Part shown: positions 54,800-64,000 of the stretch, one piece after another
How the letters are laid out: each line of letters starts with the position of its first letter
Numbering within the stretch: position 1 is the first letter of the stretch
NCBI GenBank assembly: GCA_965279525.1
Contig: CBDIIB010000004.1
Location: 384,001 to 448,000 of the forward strand
DNA length: 64,000 nucleotides
DNA from: Tagaea sp.
Lineage (GTDB): Bacteria > Pseudomonadota > Alphaproteobacteria > CACIAM-22H2
Reading direction: 5' to 3'
Program-made: the position numbers and the translations under genes
The notes under the pieces: model-generated
What the model was told of the DNA's origin: nothing
The model's input: only the letters and a program-made list of their open reading frames with translations
Database searches by the model: none

Positions 54800-55918
54800 A
54801 TGAGTCCGACAGAAACAGCCGACTGCGTCGTGATCGGCGCGGGGATCGTGGGGCTCGCCGTCGCAAGGGCTCTGGCGCAGGCCGGGCGCGACGTCATCGT
54901 CCTGGAGGCGGCCGACGCGATCGGCACCGAAACCTCCTCGCGCAACAGCGAGGTCGTCCACGCCGGCATCTACTATCCGACGGGCAGCCTGAAGGCCCGG
55001 CACTGCGTGGCCGGCAAGAATTTCATCTACGGATATTGCGCCGAGCGCGGCATCGAGGCGCGCCGCACGACCAAGCTGATCGTCGCCACGACCGATGCGC
55101 AGGTGGCGTATCTCGAGAACCTGAAGGCCCAAGGCGAGGCCAACGACGTGCACGACCTGCGCATGCTCGACGCGGCCGAGGCGCGTGCACTGGAGCCGGA
55201 ACTGGTCTGCGTGGCCGCCCTGCTGTCGCCGTCGACCGGGATCGTCGACAGCCACGGCCTGATGCTCGCCTTCCAGGGCGACGCGGAATCGCACGGCGCC
55301 ATGATCGCGTTCGAAACGCCGGTCGTGGGCGGTGCCGTCGCCAACGACGGCATCGTCGTGCAAACGGGCGGCGCTTCGCCGATGCGCCTCAAGGCGCGCA
55401 CGCTCGTCAACGCCGCGGGGCTGGGGGCGATGAAGGTCGCGCACGCGATCGACGGGATCCCGCCGGCGTCGATCCCGCCGCTCCACTACGCCAAGGGGAA
55501 CTATTTCGCGTTGCAGGGACGCACGCCGTTCTCGCGGCTGATCTATCCCGTGCCCGAACAGGGCGGGCTTGGCGTCCACATCACGATCGACCTGGCCGGG
55601 CAGGCAAGGTTCGGCCCCGATGTCGAATGGGTCGAGGCCCTGGAATACGACGTCGATCCGCGCCGCGCCGACGTTTTCTATGCCGAGGTGCGCCGCTACT
55701 GGCCGGGTCTGGCGGACGGGGCGCTGGTCCCGTCCTATTCCGGTATCCGGCCCAAGATCGTGCCCAAAGGCGCCCCGAACCCGGATTTCGTGATCCAGGG
55801 CCCCGAAGCCCACGGCGTTCCGGGGCTGGTGGCGCTCTACGGCATCGAATCGCCCGGCCTCACCTCGTCGCCGTCGATCGCAGAACATGTTGCCCGCATC
55901 GTCGCGGAAATGTCGTAA
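54800..55918 (+). CDS. L-2-hydroxyglutarate dehydrogenase family FAD oxidoreductase
   Basis: [47 protein letters not shown]. Confidence 0.88.
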   Translation: MSPTETADCVVIGAGIVGLAVARALAQAGRDVIVLEAADAIGTETSSRNSEVVHAGIYYPTGSLKARHCVAGKNFIYGYCAERGIEARRTTKLIVATTDAQVAYLENLKAQGEANDVHDLRMLDAAEARALEPELVCVAALLSPSTGIVDSHGLMLAFQGDAESHGAMIAFETPVVGGAVANDGIVVQTGGASPMRLKARTLVNAAGLGAMKVAHAIDGIPPASIPPLHYAKGNYFALQGRTPFSRLIYPVPEQGGLGVHITIDLAGQARFGPDVEWVEALEYDVDPRRADVFYAEVRRYWPGLADGALVPSYSGIRPKIVPKGAPNPDFVIQGPEAHGVPGLVALYGIESPGLTSSPSIAEHVARIVAEMS

Positions 55919-55954
55919 AAAAGCACAAGAATCGCCAAGGGAAGGAACCCGTCG

Positions 55955-56719
55955 ATGGACATGCCGGTCAACCAGTTCAAGAAGGCCCTCAAGGAGGGCA
56001 GGCAGCAGATCGGTCTGTGGTCGACGCTGTGTTCGAACATGGGAACGGAGGGCGTCGGCGGATCGGGCTTCGACTGGCTGCTGCTCGACACCGAGCATTC
56101 GCCCAACGAGCTGCCGGGGCTGGTCAGCCAGCTTCAGGCGATCAAGGTCGGCTCGACCGTGCCGATCGTCCGTCCGGCATGGAACGACGCGGTGCTGCTC
56201 AAGCGCCTGCTCGACATCGGCTTCCAGACCGTGCTGATCCCGTTCGTGCAGACGCCCGACGAAGCGCGCAAGGCCGTCGCCGCGACGCGCTATCCGCCGC
56301 AGGGTATCCGCGGCGTGTCGACGTCGGCGCGCGCGTCCAATTTCGGGCGCGTGAACGACTATCTCAAGAAGGCCAACGACGAGATCTGCGTGCTCGTGCA
56401 GGTCGAGACGACCGAAGCGCTCGCGCGCATCGGCGAGATCGCCGCGGTCGACGGCGTCGACGGCGTGTTCATCGGTCCGTCGGACCTTGCCGCCTCGATG
56501 GGCCATCTGGGCAACTTCCAGCACCCCGACGTGCAGAAGGCGATCTCGGACGCCATCAAGCCGATCCGGGCGGCCGGCAAGGCGGGCGGGTATCTGACCG
56601 GCAATGAGGACGAGGCGAAGAAGCGCCTTGCCGAAGGCTTCCAGTTCGTCGCGGTCGGCAGCGATTTCGGCCTGTTGCTGAAAGCGGCCGACGCTCTCGT
56701 CAAACGCTTCAAGGCCTGA
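55955..56719 (+). CDS. HpcH/HpaI aldolase family (GarL/HpaI-like)
   Basis: GFDWLLLDTEHSPN, KRLLDIG, RYPPQG.RG, QVET, VFIGPSDL. Confidence 0.9.
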   Translation: MDMPVNQFKKALKEGRQQIGLWSTLCSNMGTEGVGGSGFDWLLLDTEHSPNELPGLVSQLQAIKVGSTVPIVRPAWNDAVLLKRLLDIGFQTVLIPFVQTPDEARKAVAATRYPPQGIRGVSTSARASNFGRVNDYLKKANDEICVLVQVETTEALARIGEIAAVDGVDGVFIGPSDLAASMGHLGNFQHPDVQKAISDAIKPIRAAGKAGGYLTGNEDEAKKRLAEGFQFVAVGSDFGLLLKAADALVKRFKA

Positions 56720-56732
56720 AGGAGAACCCCAG

Positions 56733-57680
56733 ATGGCGACCAAACCCGACGTTATTTCCGGCGCCCCGCTGCCGCTCAATTGCGGCGACCGGCTGACGGA
56801 GCGCTTCACCGTCCACAAGATGCCGGCGGAGCCGGACCGTCCGGCGTTCTTCGCGGCCCTCAAGGACAAGGTGCGCTTCCTGCAGTGGAGCGGCTCGATC
56901 AAGACCGGCCCCGCGATCATGGATGCGCTGCCCAAGCTCGAGCTGATCTCGTGCTTCGGCGTGGGCTATGACGGCATCGACGTGCCGGCCGCGACCCAGC
57001 GCAAGATCGCCGTCACCAACACGCCCGACGTGCTGAACGACTGCGTGGCCGACACGGCCATCGGGCTCGTGCTCAACGTCATGCGCCGCTACGTGGCGGC
57101 CGACAGGTATGTGCGCGCGGGCGACTGGGTCGCCAAGGGCATGCAGCCGCTGACGACGTCGGTGCATCACAAGAAGATCGGCATCGTCGGGCTGGGCCGC
57201 ATCGGCAAGACGATCGCCAAGCGGGCCCTGGGCTTCGACATGGAGGTCGGCTATTTCGGCCGCAACAAACAGGCCGGCGTGGCGTTCCGCTACTTCGACA
57301 GGCTCGCCGCCATGGCCGCGTGGTGCGACGTATTGGTCGTCATCACGCCGGGCGGGGCGGAGACCAAGAACATGATCAACGCGGAAATCCTCGAAGCGCT
57401 GGGGCCGAAGGGCTATCTCGTCAACGTCGCACGCGGTTCGGTCGTCGACGAACCGGCGCTGATCGCGGCCCTGAAGGCGGGCAAGATCGCCGGTGCCGGT
57501 CTCGACGTGTTCGCCGACGAGCCGAACGTGCCCGCCGAGCTGATCGCGATGGAGAACGTCGTGCTCGCCCCGCATGTCGCCTCGGCCACGGTCGAGACGC
57601 GCAAGGCGATGGGCGATCTCGTGGTCGACAACCTGATCAACGCACTCGAAGGCAAGCCGCTTCTCACGCGGGTCAACTAG
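56733..57680 (+). CDS. D-2-hydroxyacid dehydrogenase (glyoxylate/hydroxypyruvate reductase-like)
   Basis: FGVGYD, TNTPDVL, GLGRIG, NVARGSVVDE, LDVF..EP, PHVAS. Confidence 0.9.
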   Translation: MATKPDVISGAPLPLNCGDRLTERFTVHKMPAEPDRPAFFAALKDKVRFLQWSGSIKTGPAIMDALPKLELISCFGVGYDGIDVPAATQRKIAVTNTPDVLNDCVADTAIGLVLNVMRRYVAADRYVRAGDWVAKGMQPLTTSVHHKKIGIVGLGRIGKTIAKRALGFDMEVGYFGRNKQAGVAFRYFDRLAAMAAWCDVLVVITPGGAETKNMINAEILEALGPKGYLVNVARGSVVDEPALIAALKAGKIAGAGLDVFADEPNVPAELIAMENVVLAPHVASATVETRKAMGDLVVDNLINALEGKPLLTRVN

Positions 57681-57695
57681 ACAGGGGTAGCGGGT

Positions 57696-60104
57696 ATGGC
57701 GGGGTTGAAGTCGTCGGCGCGCGTGGTTGTGATCGGCGGCGGCATCGCCGGCTGCTCGACGGCCTACCATCTCGCCAAGCTCGGCTGGAAGGACGTGCTG
57801 CTCGTCGAGCGCGCGCGGCTGACCAGCGGCACGACGTGGCACGCGGCTGGTCTCGTCGGCCAGATGCGCCCGAACCGCGCGATGACGCAGATGAGCAAAT
57901 ACGGCATCGAGCTCTATTCGAGCCTCGAGGCCGAGACGGGCCAGGCCACCGGCTGGAAGCAGTGCGGCTCGGTCAATGTGGCGCGCACGCCCGAACGCTG
58001 GGTGGCGCTGAAGCGACAGGCCGCGATGGCGCGCGGCTTCGGCGTCGACATGGAGCCGATGACGCCATCGGAAGCCGGCAAGAAATGGCCGCTGATGCGC
58101 ACCGACGACCTGACGGGTGCGATGTGGGTGCCGGGCGACGGCAAGGCCAATCCCGCGGACCTCACGATGGCGCTCGCCAAAGGTGCCCGCCAGATGGGTG
58201 TCACGATCGCCGAGGGTGTCGGCGTCACCGGCTTCGGCTTCAAAGGCAACCGCATCGCCTCGGTCGAGACGACGCAAGGGTCGGTCGCGTGCGAAACCGT
58301 CGTGCTCGCCGCCGGCCAGTGGACGCGCCAGCTTGCTGCCAAGATGAACGTCGCGGTGCCGCTGCATTCGGCCGAGCATTTCTACATCGTCACGAAGAAG
58401 ATCGACGGCATCACGCCGGACCTGCCGGTGATGCGCGATCCCGACGGCTACATCTATTACAAGGAAGAGGTCGGCGGTCTGGTGATGGGCGGCTTCGAGC
58501 CGGTCGCCAAGCCCTGGGGCATGGACGGCATCCCCGAGGATTTCGCCTTCCAGCTGCTGCCCGAGGACTGGGACCAGTTCCAGATCCTGATGGAGAATGC
58601 GCTCCACCGCACGCCGTGCCTGGAAACGGCCGAAGTGCGCCAACTCCTGAACGGGCCCGAGAGCTTCACGCCGGACGGGAACTTCATTTTGGGTGAAGCG
58701 CCCGGCCTTGCCGGCGTGTTCGTGTGCGCGGGCTTCAACTCGGCCGGCATCGCCAATGGCGGCGGGGCTGGGCGGCTGACGGCCGAATGGATCGTCGGCG
58801 GCGAAGCGCCGGTCGATCTGGCGGACGTCGACATCCGCCGCTTCGCGGATTTCCACGCGAACGGCCGTTTCCTGCGCGAGCGCACCGTCGAAAGCCTCGG
58901 CCTGCACTACATCATGCGCTGGCCGCGCATGGAGATGGAAAGCGCGCGCGGGCTTCGCCGCTCGGCGATCTACGACAGGCTTGCCGCGAAGGGTGCGCGC
59001 TTCGGCTCCAAGATGGGCTGGGAACGCGTCAACTGGTTCGCACCCGCCGACGAGAAATTCCCCTATGCGTGGAAGCCCGTCTGGCTCGACCGCGTGCGCG
59101 CCGAACAGACGGCCGCGCGCGAGGGTGTCGCGATCATCGACCAGTCGAGCTTCGCCAAGATCCGCGTGCAGGGTCGCGACGCGGTCGCGTTCCTGCAACG
59201 CGTGTGCGCCAACGACGTCGACGTGCCCGTCGGCAACACGGTCTATACCGGCATCCTCAACGCGCGCGGCGGTTTCGAGGCCGACGTGACGCTGATCCGC
59301 ACGGCGCTTGATTCCTACCTGCTGATCACCGGTAGCGCACAGCTCGTGCGCGATACCGACTGGCTGACGCGCCGCCTCGACGGGGCCGCCGTCACGCTCG
59401 CCGACGCGAGTGCGCTGACCACCACGCTATCGCTGCTCGGGCCGAAATCGAAGGCGCTGTTGTCGAAGGTCTGTCCGGCAGTACCCGAGATCAAGCTCGG
59501 CCAGAGCGCGGAGGCCGATGTCGGCCTCGCGCGCATCCGCATCCTGCCGATGGGCTATGCCGGCGGGCCGGGCTACGAGATGCACGTCGCGACGGACTGC
59601 GCGGCCGGAATCTACGATGCACTCGTCGAGGCGTCGGGCGGCACGCTGGTCGATATCGGCTATTACGCGCTCGACGCGTTGCGCATCGAGGCCGGACGGC
59701 GCGCCTTCGGGCCGGAGCTGAGCTCCGACGAAACGCCGATCGAAGCGGGGCTGATGCACGCGGTGGCGCTGGCCAAGCCCGATTTCATCGGCAAGAAGGC
59801 GATCCTCGCCAAGCGCGAAGCGGGTGTCGCCAAGCGGCTGGTCATGCTCGCGGTCGAGAGTCCGGATATCTGGCTGTGGGGCGGGGAAGGGATCCTCGCC
59901 GACGGACGGCCGGCGGGCGAAATCTCGTCGGCGGGCTGGAGCACGACGCTGGGGCGCTGCGTGGCGATGGGCTATGTGCGCGCGCCCAAGCCGTTCACGC
60001 GCGAGGAAATGCTCGCCTGGAAGTTCTCGATCGACATCGCGGGCGAGAGCGTGCCGGTGCGCGTGCTGGCGCGCGCTGCCTTCCCGCCCGCAAAAATCAG
60101 TTGA
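57696..60104 (+). CDS. GcvT-family FAD-dependent oxidoreductase (sarcosine/dimethylglycine dehydrogenase-like)
   Basis: IGGGIAG, SGTTWHAAG, NGPESFTPD, GWER..WF, C-terminal GcvT domain (DALRIE, ETP.EAGL). Confidence 0.9.
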   Translation: MAGLKSSARVVVIGGGIAGCSTAYHLAKLGWKDVLLVERARLTSGTTWHAAGLVGQMRPNRAMTQMSKYGIELYSSLEAETGQATGWKQCGSVNVARTPERWVALKRQAAMARGFGVDMEPMTPSEAGKKWPLMRTDDLTGAMWVPGDGKANPADLTMALAKGARQMGVTIAEGVGVTGFGFKGNRIASVETTQGSVACETVVLAAGQWTRQLAAKMNVAVPLHSAEHFYIVTKKIDGITPDLPVMRDPDGYIYYKEEVGGLVMGGFEPVAKPWGMDGIPEDFAFQLLPEDWDQFQILMENALHRTPCLETAEVRQLLNGPESFTPDGNFILGEAPGLAGVFVCAGFNSAGIANGGGAGRLTAEWIVGGEAPVDLADVDIRRFADFHANGRFLRERTVESLGLHYIMRWPRMEMESARGLRRSAIYDRLAAKGARFGSKMGWERVNWFAPADEKFPYAWKPVWLDRVRAEQTAAREGVAIIDQSSFAKIRVQGRDAVAFLQRVCANDVDVPVGNTVYTGILNARGGFEADVTLIRTALDSYLLITGSAQLVRDTDWLTRRLDGAAVTLADASALTTTLSLLGPKSKALLSKVCPAVPEIKLGQSAEADVGLARIRILPMGYAGGPGYEMHVATDCAAGIYDALVEASGGTLVDIGYYALDALRIEAGRRAFGPELSSDETPIEAGLMHAVALAKPDFIGKKAILAKREAGVAKRLVMLAVESPDIWLWGGEGILADGRPAGEISSAGWSTTLGRCVAMGYVRAPKPFTREEMLAWKFSIDIAGESVPVRVLARAAFPPAKIS

Positions 60105-60936
60105 ACGTCGGGAACAGGCCGAGCAGGCGGCTCGGCTGCTGGTTGGCGATCGCCAGCGACTGGATGGCAAGCTGCTGGCGTACCTGAAGTGCCTGCACCG
60201 CCGCCGACGCCTTGCCGATATCCGCATCCACCAGCGCGCCGACGCCGATCGTGATCGCGTCGGTGATCGAATTGGTGAAGTTCGACTGCAGCGTCAGCGA
60301 GCGCGATTCCGACGCGTTCTGCCCGAGCGACGTGGCAACGGCGTCCGCGAACGTCGAAAGCGAAGTGAGGGCGAGCGTGGCTTCCGATGCCGAGGCGACC
60401 GACGAGGCAGCGAACGTCGTGAAGGCCGCACTGACCGACGACTGGCTGTTGACCGTCAGCGTGCTCGCAGATGCGTCGGCAAGGAACGTCTTCGAGGCGG
60501 AGCCGGCGGACAAAAGGTTCGTGCCGTTGTAGTTCGCCTGGCTGATGAAGTTCGATATCTGGTTGGTCAGCGCGTTGTAGTCGACCGTGTAGATCGCGCG
60601 CTGGCCTGCCGAGATGCCACCGTCGGCAAGCTGGGTGATTTTGGCTTCGAGATTGCCCGTAAGGTCGCTGATGCCGGTGAGCGCCCCTTGCGTGACGCTG
60701 CCCAGCCCGACGCCGTTGGCGAGCGAGGCCTGGACGGCCGCATAGGCCTGCAACTCGCCGCGCAGACCCTGGGCAACGGAGAAGGACGACGCGTCGTCGT
60801 ACGCATCGGCGACCCGATAGCCGGTCTGCAGCTGCTTCTGAGCAACCGAAAGGTTGTTGTTGATCGTCCTCAGCGACGCGAGGGCGGCGATCGAACTCGT
60901 ATTCGTGTTCACTGAATTCTGCAGTGAAGCGACCAT
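60097..60936 (-). CDS. Flagellin
   Basis: SVNTN...AL..L, TGYRV..A.DDAS, GALVDAD...A..QALQVRQQLA.QSL.IANQ.P..LLGLF. Confidence 0.92.
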   Translation of the reverse strand: MVASLQNSVNTNTSSIAALASLRTINNNLSVAQKQLQTGYRVADAYDDASSFSVAQGLRGELQAYAAVQASLANGVGLGSVTQGALTGISDLTGNLEAKITQLADGGISAGQRAIYTVDYNALTNQISNFISQANYNGTNLLSAGSASKTFLADASASTLTVNSQSSVSAAFTTFAASSVASASEATLALTSLSTFADAVATSLGQNASESRSLTLQSNFTNSITDAITIGVGALVDADIGKASAAVQALQVRQQLAIQSLAIANQQPSRLLGLFPTFN

Positions 60937-61008
60937 AGCAAGACCCCATGCGGGCCAATTCTTGCCCGACTAGTGTTTGCTTGGGTTGCGGGGGCGCTTC
61001 TCACCCGA

Positions 61009-61024
61009 CGGCATTTCTTTGCCG
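61009..61024 (-). promoter_or_regulatory. Dyad upstream of flagellin (ftr-like site or 5'UTR hairpin)
   Basis: CGGCAAAGAAATGCCG on the minus strand; a second dyad CGGGC-N8-GCCCG at 60951-60968. Confidence 0.45.
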
Positions 61025-61050
61025 CCACAGCTCAAGTGATTTCGAGTTTA

Positions 61051-61066
61051 GTTTATCGAACGTTAA
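61051..61066 (-). promoter_or_regulatory. Putative CtrA box upstream of flagellin
   Basis: TTAA-CGTTCGA-TAAAC on the minus strand, one mismatch to TTAA-N7-TTAAC. Confidence 0.5.
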
Positions 61067-61090
61067 TTTGCTTGGCAAGGCCCCGTCTTT

Positions 61091-61753
61091 TCAAACGGAT
61101 ACAGGGCGCCAATCATTCGCCAGATCAAGCTTCGCGCCGGTTTTTGCCTGCAATTCCGCGAAGCTGACACCCGGGGCGAGTTCACGCGCGACCAGTCCCG
61201 ACGGCATGACATCGATGACCGCAAGATTTGTGTAGATGCGTTTGACGACCCGTTTTGCGGTAAGGGGATAGGTGCAGCGTTCGACGATCTTCGGGCTGCC
61301 GTCCTTGGTGTTGTGCTCCATCAGCACGTAGACGCCCTTGGCCCCGGCCGCCAGATCCATCGCCCCGCCGACGGCCGGCGGCATCTTCTCGTCGCCGGTC
61401 GACCAGTTGGCGAGATCGCCCTCGACCGACACCTGCATGGCGCCGAGCAGGGCAAGGTCGATATGGCCGCCACGGATCATCACGAACGAGTCCGTGTGGT
61501 GGAAGATCGACGCACCCGGCACCAGCGAGATCAGCGCCTTCGACGCGTTGATGAGATCGGGATCGCCCTTGCCAGGTTCCGGCGTCGGCCCCACGCCGAG
61601 CACGCCGTTTTCCGAGTGGTAGACGATCTCGCGCCCGGCCGGCACGTAGTTGGCGACCAGCCCCGGCACGCCGATGCCGAGATTGACGACGGCACCGTCC
61701 CAAAGGTCGGCCGCCGCACGTTTGGCGATGTCGTCGCGGCTGAGGCCGGTCAT
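61091..61753 (-). CDS. pcaJ: 3-oxoacid CoA-transferase subunit B (PcaJ-like)
   Basis: VNLGIGVP, HSENG (catalytic Glu), GDLANW, PAVGGAMDL. Confidence 0.8.
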   Translation of the reverse strand: MTGLSRDDIAKRAAADLWDGAVVNLGIGVPGLVANYVPAGREIVYHSENGVLGVGPTPEPGKGDPDLINASKALISLVPGASIFHHTDSFVMIRGGHIDLALLGAMQVSVEGDLANWSTGDEKMPPAVGGAMDLAAGAKGVYVLMEHNTKDGSPKIVERCTYPLTAKRVVKRIYTNLAVIDVMPSGLVARELAPGVSFAELQAKTGAKLDLANDWRPVSV

Positions 61754-62436
61754 GGCGTGCCCGCCTGTTTCGGGTTGGGGACATGGACGACGCGGTCGAC
61801 GAAGATGCCCGGCGTCACGACCAGTTCGGGATCGATGGCGCCAAGCTCGACGATCTCGCGCGCCTGCACGACCGCGAGGTCGGCCGCGGCCGCCATCGTT
61901 GGCCCGAAATTGCGCGCGGCCAGGCGATAGGTGAGGTTGCCCCAGCGATCCGCGCGCTCGGCCTTGACCAGCGCCACGTCGCCCTTGAGCGGCATCTCCA
62001 GCACGTATTCGCGCCCGTCGATCGTGCGCGATTCCTTGCCTTCGGCGAGCTTCGTGCCCGCGGCCGTGGGCGTATAGAAGCCGCCGATGCCGGCGGCGGC
62101 GGCACGCATGCGCTCGCTGAGCGTACCCTGCGGGACCAGCTCCAGCTCCAGCTTGCCGGCCGAATAAAGCTCCTCGAACACGACCGATCCCGACGTGCGC
62201 GGATAGGAGCACACGAGCTTGCGCACGCGCCCGGTTGCCAGCAGCTTGGCGACGTCGGTGCGCCCCGAGCCGGCGTTGTTCGAGACGACCGTCAGGTCTT
62301 TCGCACCTTGTTCGATCAGTCCGTCGATCAGCTCGACGGGAATTCCGGAATTGCCGAAGCCGGCGATCAGGACGACGGAACCGTCCTTCACGTCCTTCAT
62401 CGCTTCGGCCATCGATGCCACGGTCTTGTCGATCAT
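61750..62436 (-). CDS. pcaI: 3-oxoacid CoA-transferase subunit A (PcaI-like)
   Basis: MIDK, GFG..G.P..LID, VSNNAG, PQGTL.ER.RA, ARNFGP. Confidence 0.8.
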   Translation of the reverse strand: MIDKTVASMAEAMKDVKDGSVVLIAGFGNSGIPVELIDGLIEQGAKDLTVVSNNAGSGRTDVAKLLATGRVRKLVCSYPRTSGSVVFEELYSAGKLELELVPQGTLSERMRAAAAGIGGFYTPTAAGTKLAEGKESRTIDGREYVLEMPLKGDVALVKAERADRWGNLTYRLAARNFGPTMAAAADLAVVQAREIVELGAIDPELVVTPGIFVDRVVHVPNPKQAGTP

Positions 62437-62500
62437 GGGCGGCACACTAGCGGGCCGCGCGGTCGTTGCGCAACGGCGGCAAGTCGGGCCTACTCGGCCG

Positions 62501-63370
62501 ATGTTCGAAGGCTTCGAGACCGGGACGCATTCGCCCGAGGGTGTCGCGATCCACTACCGCAAGGGCGGCGCCGGGCCGGGCCTGCTGCTGCTGCACGGCT
62601 ATCCGCAGACACACGTGCTGTGGCGCAAGGTGGCCCCGGCGCTGGCGAAGCGCTTCACCGTCGTGTGCCCGGACCTGCGCGGCTACGGGGCTTCCGGCAA
62701 GCCGCCGGCGGGGCCGGACTTCGCCGCCTATTCCAAGCGCACGATGGCCAAGGACATGGTCGGGCTGATGCGCGATCTCGGCCTGCCGCACTTCGCCGTC
62801 TGCGGCCACGATCGCGGGGCCCGCGTCGCCTACCGGCTCGCCTTCGACCATCCGGACACCGTCACGAATCTCGTCACGCTCGACATCATCCCGACGCATG
62901 CGACCTGGACGCGCATGGACCACAAGCTGGCGCGCTCGATGTACCACTGGCAGTTCCTCGCCCAGCCCGACGGCCTGCCTGAACGGATGATCGGCGCCGA
63001 TCCCGACTATTACCTGACCGAGAAGCTACGTCGCTGGAGCCGCGACTTCTCGGCCTTCGAGCCGGAAGCGCTCGACGCCTACAAGGCCGCGTTCCGCGAC
63101 CCGGAGACGATCCGCGCCACCTGCGAGGATTACCGCGCCGGTGCCTCGATCGATTTCGACATCGACGCGGCGGATTTCGGAAAGCGGAAGATCGCGGCCC
63201 CCACGCTCGTGCTGTGGGGGCAGGGCGGATTGGCCAAACGCGCCGAGAACCCGCTCACGGTCTGGCGCGACTGGGCCGCCGACGTGCGCGGCCATGCGCT
63301 CGCGTGCGGTCATTTCCTGCCAGAGGAAGACCCGGCGGGAACGCTCGCGGCGCTGGAAGCGTTTCTCTAG
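62501..63370 (+). CDS. Alpha/beta hydrolase, fluoroacetate (haloacetate) dehalogenase type
   Basis: LLHGYPQ, GHDRGARV, YHWQFLAQP, CEDYRAGA, GHFLPEE. Confidence 0.85.
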   Translation: MFEGFETGTHSPEGVAIHYRKGGAGPGLLLLHGYPQTHVLWRKVAPALAKRFTVVCPDLRGYGASGKPPAGPDFAAYSKRTMAKDMVGLMRDLGLPHFAVCGHDRGARVAYRLAFDHPDTVTNLVTLDIIPTHATWTRMDHKLARSMYHWQFLAQPDGLPERMIGADPDYYLTEKLRRWSRDFSAFEPEALDAYKAAFRDPETIRATCEDYRAGASIDFDIDAADFGKRKIAAPTLVLWGQGGLAKRAENPLTVWRDWAADVRGHALACGHFLPEEDPAGTLAALEAFL

Positions 63371-64000
63371 CCGACTCTCGCCAGCTTGAACGCGGCATCC
63401 CGCCCGAACAAATAGAGCAACGTGCGCAGCGCGCCGGATCTCGGGCCTTCCAGCTTCGGATCGCGCTCGATGGCAAGCCTGGCATCGTCGCGTGCGATCT
63501 CCAGCAGGTCGGCATGGACCGCAAGGTCAGCAAGCCGGAACTGCGGCAGGCCCGACTGCTTGGTGCCGAGCACTTCGCCCGCACCGCGCAGCTTCAGGTC
63601 CTCCTCCGCGATGCGGAAGCCGTCCTCGGTCTCGCGCAGGATCGATAGCCGCGCCTTGGCGGTCTCGCCCAGCGGCTGGCCGTAGAGCAGCAGGCACGAG
63701 CTTTCGCCCGATCCGCGCCCCACGCGCCCGCGCAACTGGTGGAGCTGGGCAAGGCCGAAGCGCTCGGCATGTTCGATCACCATCACGGTCGCACTCGGCA
63801 CGTTGACGCCGACTTCGATGACGGTCGTGGCCACCAGCACGCCCGGCGGCCCGTCGACGAACGCGGCCATCGCGGCGTCCTTCTGGGCGGCCTTGAGCTT
63901 GCCGTGGATCAGGTGCGTGCGACCTTCGCCAAGGCGATGTGAAAGTGCCGCGTGCCGCTCGGTCGCGGCGGCAAGGTCGAGGATTTCCGATTCGTCGACC
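63367..64000 (-). CDS. recG: ATP-dependent DNA helicase RecG (3' part; truncated by the window edge)
   Basis: VATTVIEVGVNVP, AERFGLAQLHQLRGRVGRG, DGFRIAEEDLKLRG.G...G..QSG. Confidence 0.95.
   Translation of the reverse strand, partial: VDESEILDLAAATERHAALSHRLGEGRTHLIHGKLKAAQKDAAMAAFVDGPPGVLVATTVIEVGVNVPSATVMVIEHAERFGLAQLHQLRGRVGRGSGESSCLLLYGQPLGETAKARLSILRETEDGFRIAEEDLKLRGAGEVLGTKQSGLPQFRLADLAVHADLLEIARDDARLAIERDPKLEGPRSGALRTLLYLFGRDAAFKLARVG

Overview
High-GC chromosomal segment of an alphaproteobacterium, most likely Rhodospirillales-like (inferred from gene order and protein style). It is mostly core genome: xth-erpA-dgt-argS-SPOR-nagZ-scpAB-tatABC-surE-pcm-nlpD, yajC-secD-secF-Mth938, trmFO, uvrA/ssb, gyrA-coaD-tRNA-Lys, ppa and recG. 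Accessory genes are interspersed: a cupredoxin with a hybrid kinase and a receiver protein, a soluble chemoreceptor, a globin, hpnCDE squalene genes, a His-tailed DMT transporter between palindromic repeats, a lower-GC secreted protein beside the tRNA, cheZ, a flagellin, a catabolic cluster and a fluoroacetate-dehalogenase-type hydrolase. I saw no CRISPR array, rRNA, integrase or transposase. The most striking observations are (1) YajC fused to a J-domain-like module with the HPD loop deleted, (2) an unknown gene with a sigma54 promoter and a 16-bp dyad shared 14/16 with the flagellin upstream region, (3) a blue-copper protein gene heading a phosphorelay, (4) a frameshift splitting the LysM/M23 (nlpD-like) gene, and (5) REP-like palindromes bracketing one transporter gene. 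All calls come from reading motifs by eye; no searches were run.
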